Shown here in pieces: positions 51,301-62,791 of a DNA stretch of 64,000 bases; positions within the stretch are counted from its first letter, which is position 1; the number at the start of each line of letters is the position of its first letter. This DNA comes from Squalus acanthias. Lineage: Eukaryota. The position numbers and the translations under genes are program-made. The notes under the pieces are model-generated. The model was given only the letters and a program-made list of their open reading frames with translations. It ran no database searches and was not told where the DNA came from. The DNA is taken from positions 1-64,000 of the forward strand of contig JASTWF010000760.1 in NCBI GenBank assembly GCA_030390025.1, written 5' to 3'.

Positions 51301-52983
51301 AAGGACGATGTAGGCATAGAAATCAGGCAGGGGGATTGTGATATACTTGAACAAATTAGTATTGAGAGGGAGGAGGTACTAGCGGTTTTAGCGGGCTTAA
51401 AAGTGGATAAATCCCCAGGCCCAGACGAGATGTATCCCAGGCTCCTGTGTGAGGCAAAGGAGGAGATTGCAGGGGCTCTGACACAAATTTTCAGAACCTC
51501 TCTGGCCACAGGGGAGGTGCCAGAGGACTGGAGAACAGCTAACGTAGTACCATTATTCAAGAAGTGTAGTAGGGATAAACCAGGGAATTACAGGCCAGTG
51601 AGCCTAACATCAGTGGTAGGGAAATTATTGGAAAAAATTCTGAGGGACAGAATTAGTCTCCACTTGGAGAGGCAAGGATTAATCAAGGATAGTCAGCATG
51701 GCTTTGTCAGGGGAGATCATGTCTGACCAATTTGATTGAATTTTTCGAGGGGTTGACTAGGTGTGTGGATGAGGGTAGTGCAGTTGATGTGGTCTACATG
51801 GATTTCAGTAAGGCTTTTGACAAAGTCCCGCATGGGAGCCTGGTCAAGAAGGTAAGAGCCTATGGGATCCAGGGTAACTTGGCACATTGGATCCAAAATT
51901 GGCTTAGTGGCAGGTGGCAGAGGGTGATGGCCGAAAGTTGTTTTTGTGACTGGAAGCCTGTGTCCAGTGGTGTACCGCAGGGATCGGTGCTGGGTCCTTT
52001 GTTGTTTGTAGTGTACATTAATGATTTAGATATGAATGTAGGAGGTATGATCAGTAAGTTCGCAGATGACACGAAAATTGGTGGGGTGGTAAATAGCGAG
52101 GAGGGAAGCCTCAGGCTACAGGACGATATAGACGGGTTGGTCAGATGGGCAGAACAGTGGCAAATGGAATTTAACCCTGAAAAGTGTGAGGTGATGCATT
52201 TTGGGAGGACTAACAAGGCAAGGGAATACACAATGAATGGTAGGACCCTAGGAAGGACAGATGATCAGAGGAACCTTGGTGTGCATGTACATAGATCCCT
52301 GAAGGCAGCAGGACAGGTAGATAAGGTGGTTAAAAAGGCATATGGGATACTTGCCTTCATTAGCCGAGGCATAGAATATAAGAGCAGGGAGGTTATGATG
52401 GAGCTGTACAAAACGCTAGTTAGGCCACAGCTGGTATACTGTGTGCAGTTCTGGTCACCACACTATAGGAAGGATGCGATTGCATTGGAGAGGGTGCAGA
52501 GGAGATGCACCAGGATGTTACCTGGGCTGGAGCGCTTCAGCTATGAAGAGAGACTGGACAGGCTGGGGTTGTTTTCCTTAGAGCAGAGAAGGCTGAGGGG
52601 GGACCTGATTGAGGTGTACAAAATTATGAGGGGCATAGATAGGGTAGATAGAAAGGAACTTTTCCCCTTTGTAGAGGGGTCAATAACCAGGGGCATAGTT
52701 TCAAGGTAAGGGGCAGGAGGTTTAGAGGGGATTTGAGGAAAAACTTTTTCACCCAGAGGGTGGTTGGAATCTGGAACTCACTGCCTGAAAGGATGGTAGA
52801 GGCAGGAACCCTCACAACATTCAAGAAGCATTTAGATGAGCACTTGAACCGCCATAGCATACAAGGCTACGGACCAAGTGCGAGAAAATGGGATTAGAAT
52901 AGACAGGGCTTGATGGCCGGTGCGGACACGATGGGCCGAAGGGCTTCTTTCTGTGCTGTATAACTCTATGACTCTATTACTAT
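48395..52983 (+). mobile_element. Near full-length CR1 LINE, frameshifted (ORF1 zinc-finger/esterase; ORF2 endonuclease-RT)
   Basis: ORF1 pieces 49008-49493 (CSSC...CRKC, zipper-like) and 49525-49965 (VVVHIGTND, GLHLN, SGNH-like). ORF2 pieces from ~50090: YFNARSL, GDFNFP, SDHN, PQGSVLGP, FADDTK. Duplicated 5' UTR block and a TGACTCTA-type tail. Confidence 0.93.
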
Positions 52984-53043
52984 AATCTCCCTGTGACTCT
53001 CACTGTGGAGGCTGATTCATCGTTTCTGTTTATCGGTGTGAGA

Positions 53044-53057
53044 GCGCCCTCTGGTGA
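53044..53057 (-). promoter_or_regulatory. CTCF-binding-like motif ~25 bp downstream of V RSS
   Basis: Minus strand TCACCAGAGGGCGC. Confidence 0.65.
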
Positions 53058-53082
53058 GCACTAACTGGAACTCTCAGTGTGG

Positions 53083-53122
53083 GGTTTTTGTACGGGATCC
53101 GCTTTCTCTCTGCAGCAGTGTG
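53083..53122 (-). promoter_or_regulatory. V RSS (24-nt spacer)
   Basis: Minus CACACTG (53116-53122), 24 nt, ACAAAAACC (53083-53091). Confidence 0.85.
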
Positions 53123-53597
53123 GGGCTCATGGCACAGAAATACACGGCGGTGTCGGAGATCAGGGCGTTGCTGATCGTTAGCTCGGTAATCTTACTGGTT
53201 TTATTAAACGAAGATATGAATCGATCAGTAAAGTCGGGGTTCCTGGTTACTATTCCTGCAATAATATAAACCACGTACTGTAGAGGCTGCCCGGGGTGCT
53301 GACTGCACCAGAACACATAAAGGTTAGTAGCGCTTGTTTTCAAGGTGCAGGTTAGTGTGACATTACTTTCCTCTTCAGCCGTCATTTCGGGAACCAGCTG
53401 TTCCGCTGCGTCTTGGAGGCTCCATTCTAATATAAAATAATAGCAATAGTCATCATCACTTTATCATCTTCATCATCATTTTACCAATAATATCAGCTGG
53501 GTTACAGCAGTCAGGGGGAGAATGGGATTTCACCGGGAAGGAAATACTTACTGAGAAGTGATATAATGACGAGGAGCGGTGCGAGTCGGTTCCGCAT
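53123..53597 (-). CDS. TCR alpha/delta V gene segment (leader 53552-53597, V exon 53123-53426)
   Basis: Leader MRNRLAPLLVIISLL with A|GTAAGT; acceptor TTAG|AA; TLTC...FWCSQ...DTAVYFCAMS; in frame; RSS present. Confidence 0.9.
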
Positions 53598-54209
53598 GAT
53601 GCTCCGAGTCTGTAACACAGCAGTCTGGGAAATCCTCTGTCGGAGCAGAAATGCAGATCCCCGCCCCACTGCACTGCTGATCCAACCAATGCCAAAGCGG
53701 AAACAGGGGCAGAAATCTCTCCAATAACACAGGGCAGGCAAGGCGGGTCAGAGCGCGAGCAGCAAACGGAAGCTGTGGGCGGGGCTGCCGCGGGCAGTGT
53801 TGTCACACGGGATCCACCTGTAAGGAGCTGAATTCAATAATAATGTCCCGTTCGGAAATTATACAACTCTGCCTCTGTAGAAGGGCTGCGTTACTTTCAC
53901 ATTCAATACAAATTCGGGACAAGCAGATCGGCGAAAGGAATTGCAGAATTAATATATTATGCGATTGTTACCAAAGGCTTCAACAGTGAAGTGGGTTAAA
54001 ACCAGTGGCTGAAACTAGCGGTGGGAAATAGAAAAAAGGTGTAAGGAAATTATAAAATTAATGAGCAGAAATCTGAAATGAAAAGGAATTTCACCTTAAT
54101 TAATATTGAGAAATATAATTGCGGATTGACCACCGCCCTTTGCCTGAACTGGTCGATTTCGGGACCGATTTGACTGTCACCCAATCGACCAAGTCTTTGT
54201 TCAGAGAGG

Positions 54210-54248
54210 AGATATTGTAGGAGAGCGGGGCCTTTCACCCACACTGTG
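54210..54248 (-). promoter_or_regulatory. 23-RSS
   Basis: Minus CACAGTG (54242-54248), 23 nt, ACAATATCT (54210-54218). Confidence 0.85.
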
Positions 54249-54522
54249 GCCACGGCACAGTAATAGATTCCGGTATCCGCCAACTCTGCCTGGCCGATGC
54301 CGAGTGCGCTCAGACTTTGATCCCGGTCGGTGTGGATCTTAAACCGGCCTTGGTGGCGCTCTCCTTTGAATCCACAATGGATGTTTCTCGGGGCCTCGCT
54401 CACCAGTCGGCTGTACCAACAGGTGTTGTCTGTGGTGCTGAACCCGCACTGGATCCTGACGGGGTTTCCTTCCACAGCGAACTCTCGGGCAGGCTGAGAA
54501 ATCTGGGCCAAACTCGGAGCAT
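54249..54522 (-). CDS. Divergent TCR alpha/delta V exon with two extra cysteines; leader not identified
   Basis: Acceptor CCAAAG|AT; VRIQC...TCWYSR...IHCG...ADTGIYYCAV; open frame and 23-RSS. Confidence 0.82.
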
Positions 54523-55258
54523 CTTTGGACACAATTTAAGAATTACACAGAATGTACAGCACAGAAACAGGTCACTCGTCCCAACTAGTCTATACCTGTC
54601 ATTATGCTGCACACGAGCCTCCTCCCAACCCCATTGACATTGAGTACAGCAGTTTATAGAGCAGAATTAATAAAACCAGATGGGTAATAAGAGCAGGAAG
54701 CGGTGCATATCACCCGTGGCTGATTTATACTGTTTACTCAAGGCTCCGTCTCACTTTGCATTGAAGCTGGACGTGAAGATTGGAGGCTGCAACTTGCCCA
54801 GACTCCATGAGACCGCGCTCTCTGCTTCTGTATTACTTCAAAGCGACCCCGGCAATAGTACAGGAGACAGGAGACATCGCGATAGAAGGCCACGCTTTGT
54901 CACGTCAGTTTCGCTGTCAGTCATACGAGATCTGCTAGAGTCAATATTAGTGAGAGTCTCACATCTTCTGCTTCAGGGCAAACTCGATCGGTCATCAATA
55001 TATCGATTACTTTGGCTGGCTCCCGTAATCATAACGATCACATTAGACCTGTTATATTTCTCTGAGCAAACTGTTCACTTAGTCCAATTCTTCTCCTCTT
55101 TCACTGTACACGTGAGTTTCTTTTTCACATATTAACCTATTAACATTTTAAACGTTATTATGGATTAGGCTTCCTCGCTGCTTTTGTTTGGGAATTTCAT
55201 GTCCCAACAATCCTCTGGGTCAAAAAAGAACCTCCGTTCTCATGGTAGGGATCGTAGC

Positions 55259-55460
55259 ACTGAGTACTGTAATACAACGAGACACCAGCAGAGGGAGATA
55301 GATAAAAGTATGACTGAGTACAGCGATACAGAGAGACACCATCAGAGGGAGATAGATAAAGGTGTGACTGACCACAGTGATACAGAGAGACACCATCAGA
55401 GGGAGAGAGATAAAGGTGTGACTGAGTACATTAATACACAGGGACAGCAACAGAGACAGT
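55259..55460. repeat. ~54-bp degenerate tandem repeat (~3.5 copies)
   Basis: Unit ACTGAGTACAGCGATACAGAGAGACACCATCAGAGGGAGATAGATAAAGGTGTG. Confidence 0.75.
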
Positions 55461-55476
55461 GAGATAAATTTGTGCG

Positions 55477-55980
55477 AAACACTGAGTGTGGGCGGCCCGG
55501 TGTGAGCTCAGAGACAGTGTGAGCTGGTGTCAGTGAGAAACACTGAGTGTGAGCGGCCCGGTGTGGGCTCAGAGACAGTGTGAGCTGGTGTCAGTGAGAA
55601 ACACTGAGTGTGGGCGGCCCGGTGTGAGCTGAGAGACAGTGTGAGCTGGTGTCAGTGAGAAACACTGAGTGTGTGCGGCCCGGTGTGAGCTCAGAGACAG
55701 TGTGAGCTGGTGTCAGTGAGAAACACTGACAGTGGGCGGCCCGGTGTGAGCTCAGAGACAGTGTGAGCTGGTGTCAGTGAGAAACACTGAGTGTGTGCGG
55801 CCCGGTGTGAGCTCAGAGACAGTGTGAGCTGGTGTCAGTGAGAAACACTGAGTGTGAGCGACCCGCAGTGAGCTCAGAGACAGTGTGAGCTGGTGTCAGT
55901 GAGAAACACTGAGTGTGAGCGACCCGCAGTGAGCTCAGAGACAGTTTGAGCCGGTGTCAGTGAGACACTGAGTGTGGGCA
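55477..55980. repeat. 61-bp tandem repeat (~8 copies)
   Basis: Unit AAACACTGAGTGTGGGCGGCCCGGTGTGAGCTCAGAGACAGTGTGAGCTGGTGTCAGTGAG. Confidence 0.92.
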
Positions 55981-56163
55981 GCACGAGTTGAGTAAACCCC
56001 GAGATGCAGCTTGTTTTGTTTATTCGCCAGGGAGAAGCCTCTGAGTTGAACATGAATCGGAGTTTGGCTCCTTGTTAAGTACCCTGAATATATTACCCGT
56101 GTCCTGGTTCTAACCCGACCTCTGTGTACATTTCTTTCAGCCTCCTTTTCATCTGATCGGATA

Positions 56164-56497
56164 ATGCTTCGGATTTGCAGAGTTTCCCTGCTGATTTACA
56201 CTCTGATCTGCACGGATGTAAGCGGTGAGGATGAGGTGGAGCAGCTCCCTCGGCGGGTGGTTGTTGGTGAAGAGGGAATCGTGTCCATCAACTGCACCAC
56301 GACCTTTGTGTTTAGCGTCCTGCGCTGGTACAGACAGCACCCGGATCAGACCCTCCAGCACCTGGTGATGGCCACAAGCGGGGTCGATCAACACGGGAGG
56401 ATCACTGCTTCAATCGGGGGAGGCAATAAACTCAGTGCCCTGACTGTGAGAGACGCGCGAGTGACAGACAGCGCCAGCTATCTCTGCGCCGTGAGCC
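56164..56497 (+). CDS. TCR alpha/delta V gene segment with leader and V in one exon
   Basis: Continuous ORF MLRICRVSLLIYTLICTDVSG-EDEVEQ...SINC...WYRQ...DSASYLCAVS followed directly by a 23-RSS. Confidence 0.9.
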
Positions 56498-56536
56498 CAC
56501 AGTGTAACAAACAGGCGGAGAGTCCGCACAGATACC
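56498..56536 (+). promoter_or_regulatory. 23-RSS
   Basis: CACAGTG (56498-56504), 23 nt, ACAGATACC (56528-56536). Confidence 0.88.
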
Positions 56537-57070
56537 TGCCCCGAGGGGCAGCGCCGCTCTGCTGTGTTTGGAATAACGGGATTGGGACGGGCCCAGTTAT
56601 AATAATCGGAGGACAGAGGGAATGAGCACAGAACAATGATGATATATTGAAGAGAGATATTTAAAGAAAGTGAGAAATGAAGAGAATTGGGAACATAGAC
56701 AGAGGAAAAGAAAGAGAAAGCCCCAAAGAAAGAATGAGAGAGAGAAAGAGAAAAAGCAGGGTAATAATGAGAGTGTAGAGGACAGCAAATTAGGAGAGGA
56801 GGAAAAGAGAAATGAAAGAAGTTGAGAAATAACGAGTGAGAAACACAAAGCTAAAAGGTAAGAGAAAGCCATAAAGAAAGAGATTCAGAAATAAAGTAAA
56901 ATGTCCTTTCCTTTAAATTCACTCACATTTCCCTTCCCCCTATTTACAAAGCTGAATTGTCTGAAACAATACACATTGTCTCCCAATAACAGACCTCTGG
57001 AAACTGCCCCATCGATAAACTCACACTTTATTCTATCCATTTTCCCGACAGTGTAAAATTCTCAGAGTCA

Positions 57071-57085
57071 CCGGCAGAGGGCGCC
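57071..57085 (+). promoter_or_regulatory. CTCF-binding-like motif upstream of V promoter
   Basis: CCGGCAGAGGGCGCC. Confidence 0.55.
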
Positions 57086-57347
57086 GTGGTCACATGTTTC
57101 TCGCCGTTATCAACTGGAAATTATAGAGACATTTCTTGCGGTAACACTGCCTGCGCCAGCCCCGCCCACAGCTTCCGTTTGCTGCTCTCGCTCTGACCCG
57201 CCTTGCCTGCCCTGTGTTATTGGAGAGATTGCTGTGCTGTTCCCTGTTTGGCATTGGTTGGATCAGCAGTGCAGTGGGGCGGTGGTCTGTATTTCTGCTT
57301 CGACAGAGGATTTCCCGGACTGCAGAGTTACAGACTCAGGGAGCGTC

Positions 57348-57857
57348 ATGTGGACCCGTCTCACTCCGCTCCTCATCATTTTTTCACTTCTCAGTAAGTA
57401 TTTCCTCCCCAGTAAACATTCATTCTCCCCGTGACTGCTGGAGCCCAGGTGTTATTGTTGCTAAAATGATGATGATTATGTTGCTAGAGATGACATTGAT
57501 GGTGTTGGTGGTGGTGATGATGATGATGACTATTACTATTATTTTATTTTAGAATGGAGCCACCAAGACACAGTGGAACAGCCGGTCCCTGAAAAGACGG
57601 TTGAAGAGGAAAGTACTGTCACACTAACCTGCACCTTGAAAACAAGCGATACTAACCCTTATGTGTACTGGTACAGTCAGCACCCCGGGAAGCCTCCACA
57701 GTACGTGCTTCGACTTATCGGAGGGAATGTGAACCGGAACCCCGACGTTACTGACCGATTCAATCCTACGTTTAATAAAACTACCAAAATTACTGAGCTA
57801 ACGATCGGCAAAGCCCTGATCTCCGACACCGCCGTGTATTTCTGTGCCATGGGAGCC
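57348..57857 (+). CDS. TCR alpha/delta V gene segment (leader 57348-57393, V exon 57553-57857); inverted paralog of 53123-53597
   Basis: Leader MWTRLTPLLIIFSLL with A|GTAAGT; acceptor TTAG|AA; TLTC...YWYSQ...DTAVYFCAMG; in frame. Confidence 0.92.
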
Positions 57858-57897
57858 CACACTGCTGCAGAGATATAGCGGATCCCGTACAAAAACC
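57858..57897 (+). promoter_or_regulatory. V RSS (24-nt spacer)
   Basis: CACACTG (57858-57864), 24 nt, ACAAAAACC (57889-57897). Confidence 0.85.
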
Positions 57898-57921
57898 CAC
57901 ACTGAGAGTTCCAGTTGGTGC

Positions 57922-57935
57922 TCACCAGAGGGCGC
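57922..57935 (+). promoter_or_regulatory. CTCF-binding-like motif ~24 bp downstream of V RSS
   Basis: TCACCAGAGGGCGC. Confidence 0.65.
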
Positions 57936-58199
57936 TCTCACACCGATATACAAGCGATAATTCAGCCTCCACAGCGAGAGTCACAAGGAGCTTCTAAAAA
58001 GGGAGAGAAAGCAGAACACTCCACAAGTCACCGCTTCTCGTTTTGTCTTAATTCTTGAAGACAGCGTCTGAGTGACAGAATCACCATGATTCAGATCTGA
58101 AAAAAACATGTTCAAACAGGAAAAGGACAGACCAGCGAGTGTTTAAAATTCAGATTTATACGATGTTGGAAATTAGAGACAAGATGAAATATGTGGTGA

Positions 58200-58530
58200 T
58201 CCACCATCATCATCACCATTTCACCAACAATAACACCTGGGTTACAGCAGTCAGGGGGAGAATGGCTGTCTACTGGGGAGGAAATACTTACTGAGAAGTG
58301 ATATAGTGATGAGGCGCGATGCGAAACGGTTCCACAAGATGCTCCCTGAGTCTGTAACTCTGCAGTCCGGGAAATCTACTTTCGCAGCAGAAATACAGAT
58401 CCCCGCCCCACTGCACTGCTGATCCAACCAATGCCAAACAGGGAACAGCGGCAGCAATCTCTCCAATAACACAGGGCAGACAAGGCGGGTCAGAGCGAGA
58501 GCAGCAAACGGAAGTTGTGGGCGGGGCTGA
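58200..58530 (-). pseudogene. Orphan promoter plus leader exon (58292-58337) of the 53k/57k V family, no V exon
   Basis: Homologous to 53470-53790. Start codon is TTG instead of ATG and the donor GTAAGT is retained. Homology stops within the intron. Confidence 0.8.
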
Positions 58531-58799
58531 TGAAGAGGGAGTGAGAAGAAGGAAATAGTCGCCTGGTGCTCACTTTCTCTCGCAATGACCACTTTCTCTG
58601 AAGTGGAATGATGAAGGGGATGGGCACAGGAGCTATTTTAAGTAGCAGCGTGTCCCAGTGCCCGACTGCAATGACTCCAAGAGAAGTATCAGCATTAAAT
58701 CCGAACCCGCAATATTACTTTAAACTGAGCTGTGGAAGTAGAAGCTGGGGACACGGGGTCAATGTATAAAAGCTCATTTTAGGGCGGGCACCAGGAAAT

Positions 58800-58970
58800 T
58801 CTTCACACACACACAGAGTGATTAATGTGTGGAATACACTTCTGCATAGAGTGGCCGAGGGAAATACCCTGGAATCGTTTAAGGAAAAGTTTGAGGCTGC
58901 AGTGAGGGGCGGGAGTTAGGATCTCTCTGGATGGATGAGACAAGATAAGCCGAATGGCCTCCCTCATTCT
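58800..58970 (+). mobile_element. Old CR1-type 3' fragment
   Basis: Degenerate TTCTTCACAC..AGAGTGATTAATGTGTGGAAT...AGCCGAATGGCCTCCCTC. Confidence 0.5.
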
Positions 58971-59028
58971 CAGTGATCTGGTGAACTGCAACACGGCGGG
59001 ATTTGTAGCTTGTAGTTACAGGTAGTCG

Positions 59029-59042
59029 CCACCAGAGGGCAG
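59029..59042 (+). promoter_or_regulatory. CTCF-binding-like motif
   Basis: CCACCAGAGGGCAG, essentially the consensus core. Confidence 0.65.
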
Positions 59043-59949
59043 TGGGCGGATGTGTTCACTGTTGGTTTCAGTGTGAGGGCGAGTTACAGACGGACAACAC
59101 CGTTCAGTTCCGTTATTTAATAAAGAGATTCAGAAGTAAAGGCATTAATTTCAAATGGAAGCATTGTTTTATTTTTAACATTATTGTGAATTATTAATGT
59201 ATTATTAATGACATGTTGCAAATATTTTAATGACCAACTCACCGTGGTATCACTGAGCCTAGCCGCTGCTCGCATCCTCCCATTCTGCTCAAACATGTCA
59301 GTCATTCCCCATTTCATTCATATAACAGGTGGCGTTTGTACAATTTACCGTATCGTTGTGTTCAAGTCCCTCAGGACCTGCTGGCCGTCTATATTCCTGT
59401 TTATATCAGCAGTGGGTAGATCTGATGATTAGTGAGCAGCTCTTTTAATCGGAGCCTCCGGCACTGATACCAGAACAACATTAACTCGTTCCCTTTACTG
59501 CCCCCATCGCACAGATTGCACCTGTTTAGTGAATTTAGATCCCATTGCATCTGAAAACAGAATGTGGACAAGTTGCTGCGCAAACAATATGAGATTAATG
59601 ATTTGATCCGTTCAGGGACCTGCACTTATCAGGTAAAGACAGCAGCAAGTAGATCGCACCGAGTGAATGGGGCTGTGCTGATTGTGTCCAGGAAGAGAAG
59701 TGTGAAAGGACAAATATACAACCCGTGACTCAGGGATGGGCGGGTGCAGCTTGTCACATGATCCTCAGGGATTGTCTGATTGGTTGGGAAACCTTTTGGC
59801 ACATTGTTGAGAGACGGAATGAATCCAATTCTAGAAGAGTTTACATCGAGTCTGTTCCTCATTCATCTCAAACAATTTACAACTGAATATATATAAATAA
59901 CGTCCACAAGATAAGAATCATTGTGTGCCAGTCTGTGGTTATTCCGGTA

Positions 59950-60340
59950 TGTGTGTCTGTGTGTGTTTGAGTGTGTGTCTATCTGTGTTTGTGTGTTTCT
60001 GTGTGTGTGCGTGTGTGTGTGTGCGTGTGTATGTATGAGTGTGTGTCTGGTTGCGTGTTTGCGTGTGTGTGAATGTGTGTCTAGGTGCGTGTTTGGGTGT
60101 GTAAGAGTGTCTGCGTATGTGTGTGTTTGAGTGTGTGTGCGCTTCAGTGTACGAATGTGTGTGTGTCTATGTATGTGTGTCTTTGTGTGCATTTGAGTGT
60201 GTGTGTGTTTGAGTGTGCGCGTGTTTCAGTGTATGAATGTGTGCATGTCTGTGTGTGTGTTTGAGTGTGCCTGTGCTTGTGTGTGTGCTTTGAGTGTGTG
60301 TGTGTGTTTGAGTGTGCGTGTGTCTGTGTGTGGGTGTCTG
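59950..60340. repeat. Degenerate (TG)n-rich simple repeat
   Basis: Interrupted TG dinucleotide tracts. Confidence 0.9.
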
Positions 60341-60430
60341 TGGTCATGTGCTTGTTTCCAGTACTCTGTGTGAGGCTTGTACTTGACGCAGGAGTGCGCT
60401 CTCTGATCACTTGTTAAATAGCTTACATTT

Positions 60431-62508
60431 CAACATAAGAACCTAAGACGTAGGAGCAGGAGTAGTTCATTTGGCCCCTCGGGCCTGCTCCGCCATTCAA
60501 TAAGATCATGGCTGATCTGATTTTGGCCTCAACTCCACTTCCCTGCCCGTTCTCCGTAACTCTTGACTCCCTTATCGTTCAAACATCTGTCTATCTCCAC
60601 CTTAAATATATTCAATGACCCTGCCGCCACAGCTCTCTGGGGTAGAGAATTCCACAGATTCACGACCCTCTGGAAGAAGAAATTCCTCCTCATTTCCGAT
60701 TTAAAAGGGGCTCCCCTTATTCTGAAATTATGCCCCCTAATTCTAGATTCCCCCACGAGGCGAAACATCCTCTCTGCATCTACCGTGTCAAGCCACTTCA
60801 GAATCTTACATGATTCAATAAGATCCCCTCTCATTCTTCTAAACTCCAATTAGTATAGGCCGAACCTGCTCAACCTTTCTTCATAAGACAACCCCTTCAT
60901 CTCCGGAATCAACCTCGTGAACCTTCTCTGAACTGCCTCCAATGCAAGTATATCCTTCCTTAAATAAGGAGACCAAAACTGTACACAGTACTTCAGGTGT
61001 GGTCTCACCAGCGCCCTGTACAGTTGTAACAGGACTTCCCTACTTTTATACTCCATTCCCTTTGCAATAAAGGCCAACACTCCATTTGCCTTCCTAATTG
61101 CTTGCTTACCTGCACGCTAACTTTTTGTGATTCATGTAGAAGGACCTCCAGATCCCACTGTACTTCAGAATTTTGTAATCTCTCCCCATTTAAATAATAA
61201 TTTGCTTTTATATTTTCCTACCAAGGTGGATAACCTCGCATTGTCCCACATTAAACTCCATCTGCCAGATTTTTGCCCATTCACTTAGCCTATCTATATC
61301 GCTTTGGAGATTATTTGCGTCCTCCAGAAAATTTGCTTTCCCACCTATCTTTGTATCATCAGCAAATTTGGCTACATTACACTCAGTACCTCTATCCCAG
61401 TAATTAATACAGATTGTAAATAGTTGAGGCCCAAGCACCGATCCCTGCGGCACACCACTAGTTACAGTTTGCCAACCTGAAAATGACCCACTTATCCCGA
61501 CTCTCGGTTTTCTGTTAGTTAGCCAATCCTCTATCCATGCTAATATATTACCCCCATCCCCGTGAGCTCTTATCTTGTGTAGCACCTTTTATGTGGCACC
61601 TTATCGAATGCCTCCTGGAAATCCAAATACACGACATCTACTGGTTCCCCTTTATCCACCTTGCTCGTTATATCCTCAAAGAACTCCAGCAAATTTGTAA
61701 AACATGATTTCCCTTTCATAAAACCATGCTGACTCTGTTTGACTATATTATGATTTTCCACATGTCCTGCTATCACTTCTTTAATGATGGACTCCAGCAT
61801 TTTCCCAATGACAGATGTTAGGCTAACTGGTCGATAGTTGCCTGCTTTCTGTCTCCCTCATTTCTTAAATAGGGGCATTACATTTGCGGTTTTCCAGTCC
61901 GCTGAGACCTCTCCAGAATCCAGGGAATTTTGGTAGATTACAACCAATGCATCCACTATCTCTGCCCCCACCTCTTTTAAGACTCTAGGGTGCAGGTCAT
62001 CGGGTCCAGGGGACTTGTCCACCTTTAGTCCCATTAGTTTGCCTAGTACTTTCTCTCTAGTGATAGCGGTTGTTTTATGTTCTCCCTCCATCCAATAGCC
62101 CATTGATTGTCCATTATTGGAATGCTTTTAATGTATTCTACCGTGAAGACCCATACAAACTGTTTGTTCAAAGTCTCTGCCATTTCCCTGTTTCCCATTA
62201 TTAATTCCCCAGACTCATCCTCTAGGGGACCAACGTTTACTTTAGCTACTCTCTTTCTTTTTTATATACCTGTAGAAGCTCTTACTGTCTGTTTTTATAT
62301 TTCTTGCTATTATACTCTCATAAGCTATCTTCTCTCTCTTTAACCTTTCTTTTTTAGTCGTACTTTGTTGGTTTTTAAAAATTTCCCAATCCCCTGGCCT
62401 TTCACTATTCTTCGCAACATTGTATGCTTTGTTTTCAATTTGATACGATCCTTTACTTCCTCAGTTAGCCACGGATGGTTCATTCTTCTCTTAGAGTCTT
62501 TCTTTCTC
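60431..62508 (-). mobile_element. 5'-truncated, frameshifted CR1 LINE (RT region and 3' end)
   Basis: Minus ORF pieces KSPGPDDLHPRVLKE, SQHGFMKGKSC, YLDFQEAFDKVPH, PQGSVLGP, FADDTK, WNSLPQ. Confidence 0.93.
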
Positions 62509-62710
62509 AAGCAAAGTACAACTGAACATACGTCAATAACCTCCACAGATATCAAAAATTCTGTGTATTTTTATTAATGTTGGCGTGTGTGTATGTCATT
62601 TCATTCATATTCTTAAGATTGCAACTATTAATGGGACACAGTGACTGCAGGAATTTCTTCACTTTTCACCTTAATGCGAGAGCGACAGAGATACAATGAG
62701 AGGAAAAGAC

Positions 62711-62712
<2 letters not shown>

Positions 62713-62787
<75 letters not shown>
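62713..62787. repeat. (TA)n(GA)n compound microsatellite
   Basis: Directly visible. Confidence 0.95.

Positions 62788-62791
<4 letters not shown>

Noticed and set aside
49008-52709. CR1 ORFs as host genes or an active element
   Set aside because: Typical CR1 domains broken by several frameshifts and stops.
59863-60410. His/Thr-rich and Cys/Val-rich ORFs
   Set aside because: Translations of a (TG)n simple repeat.
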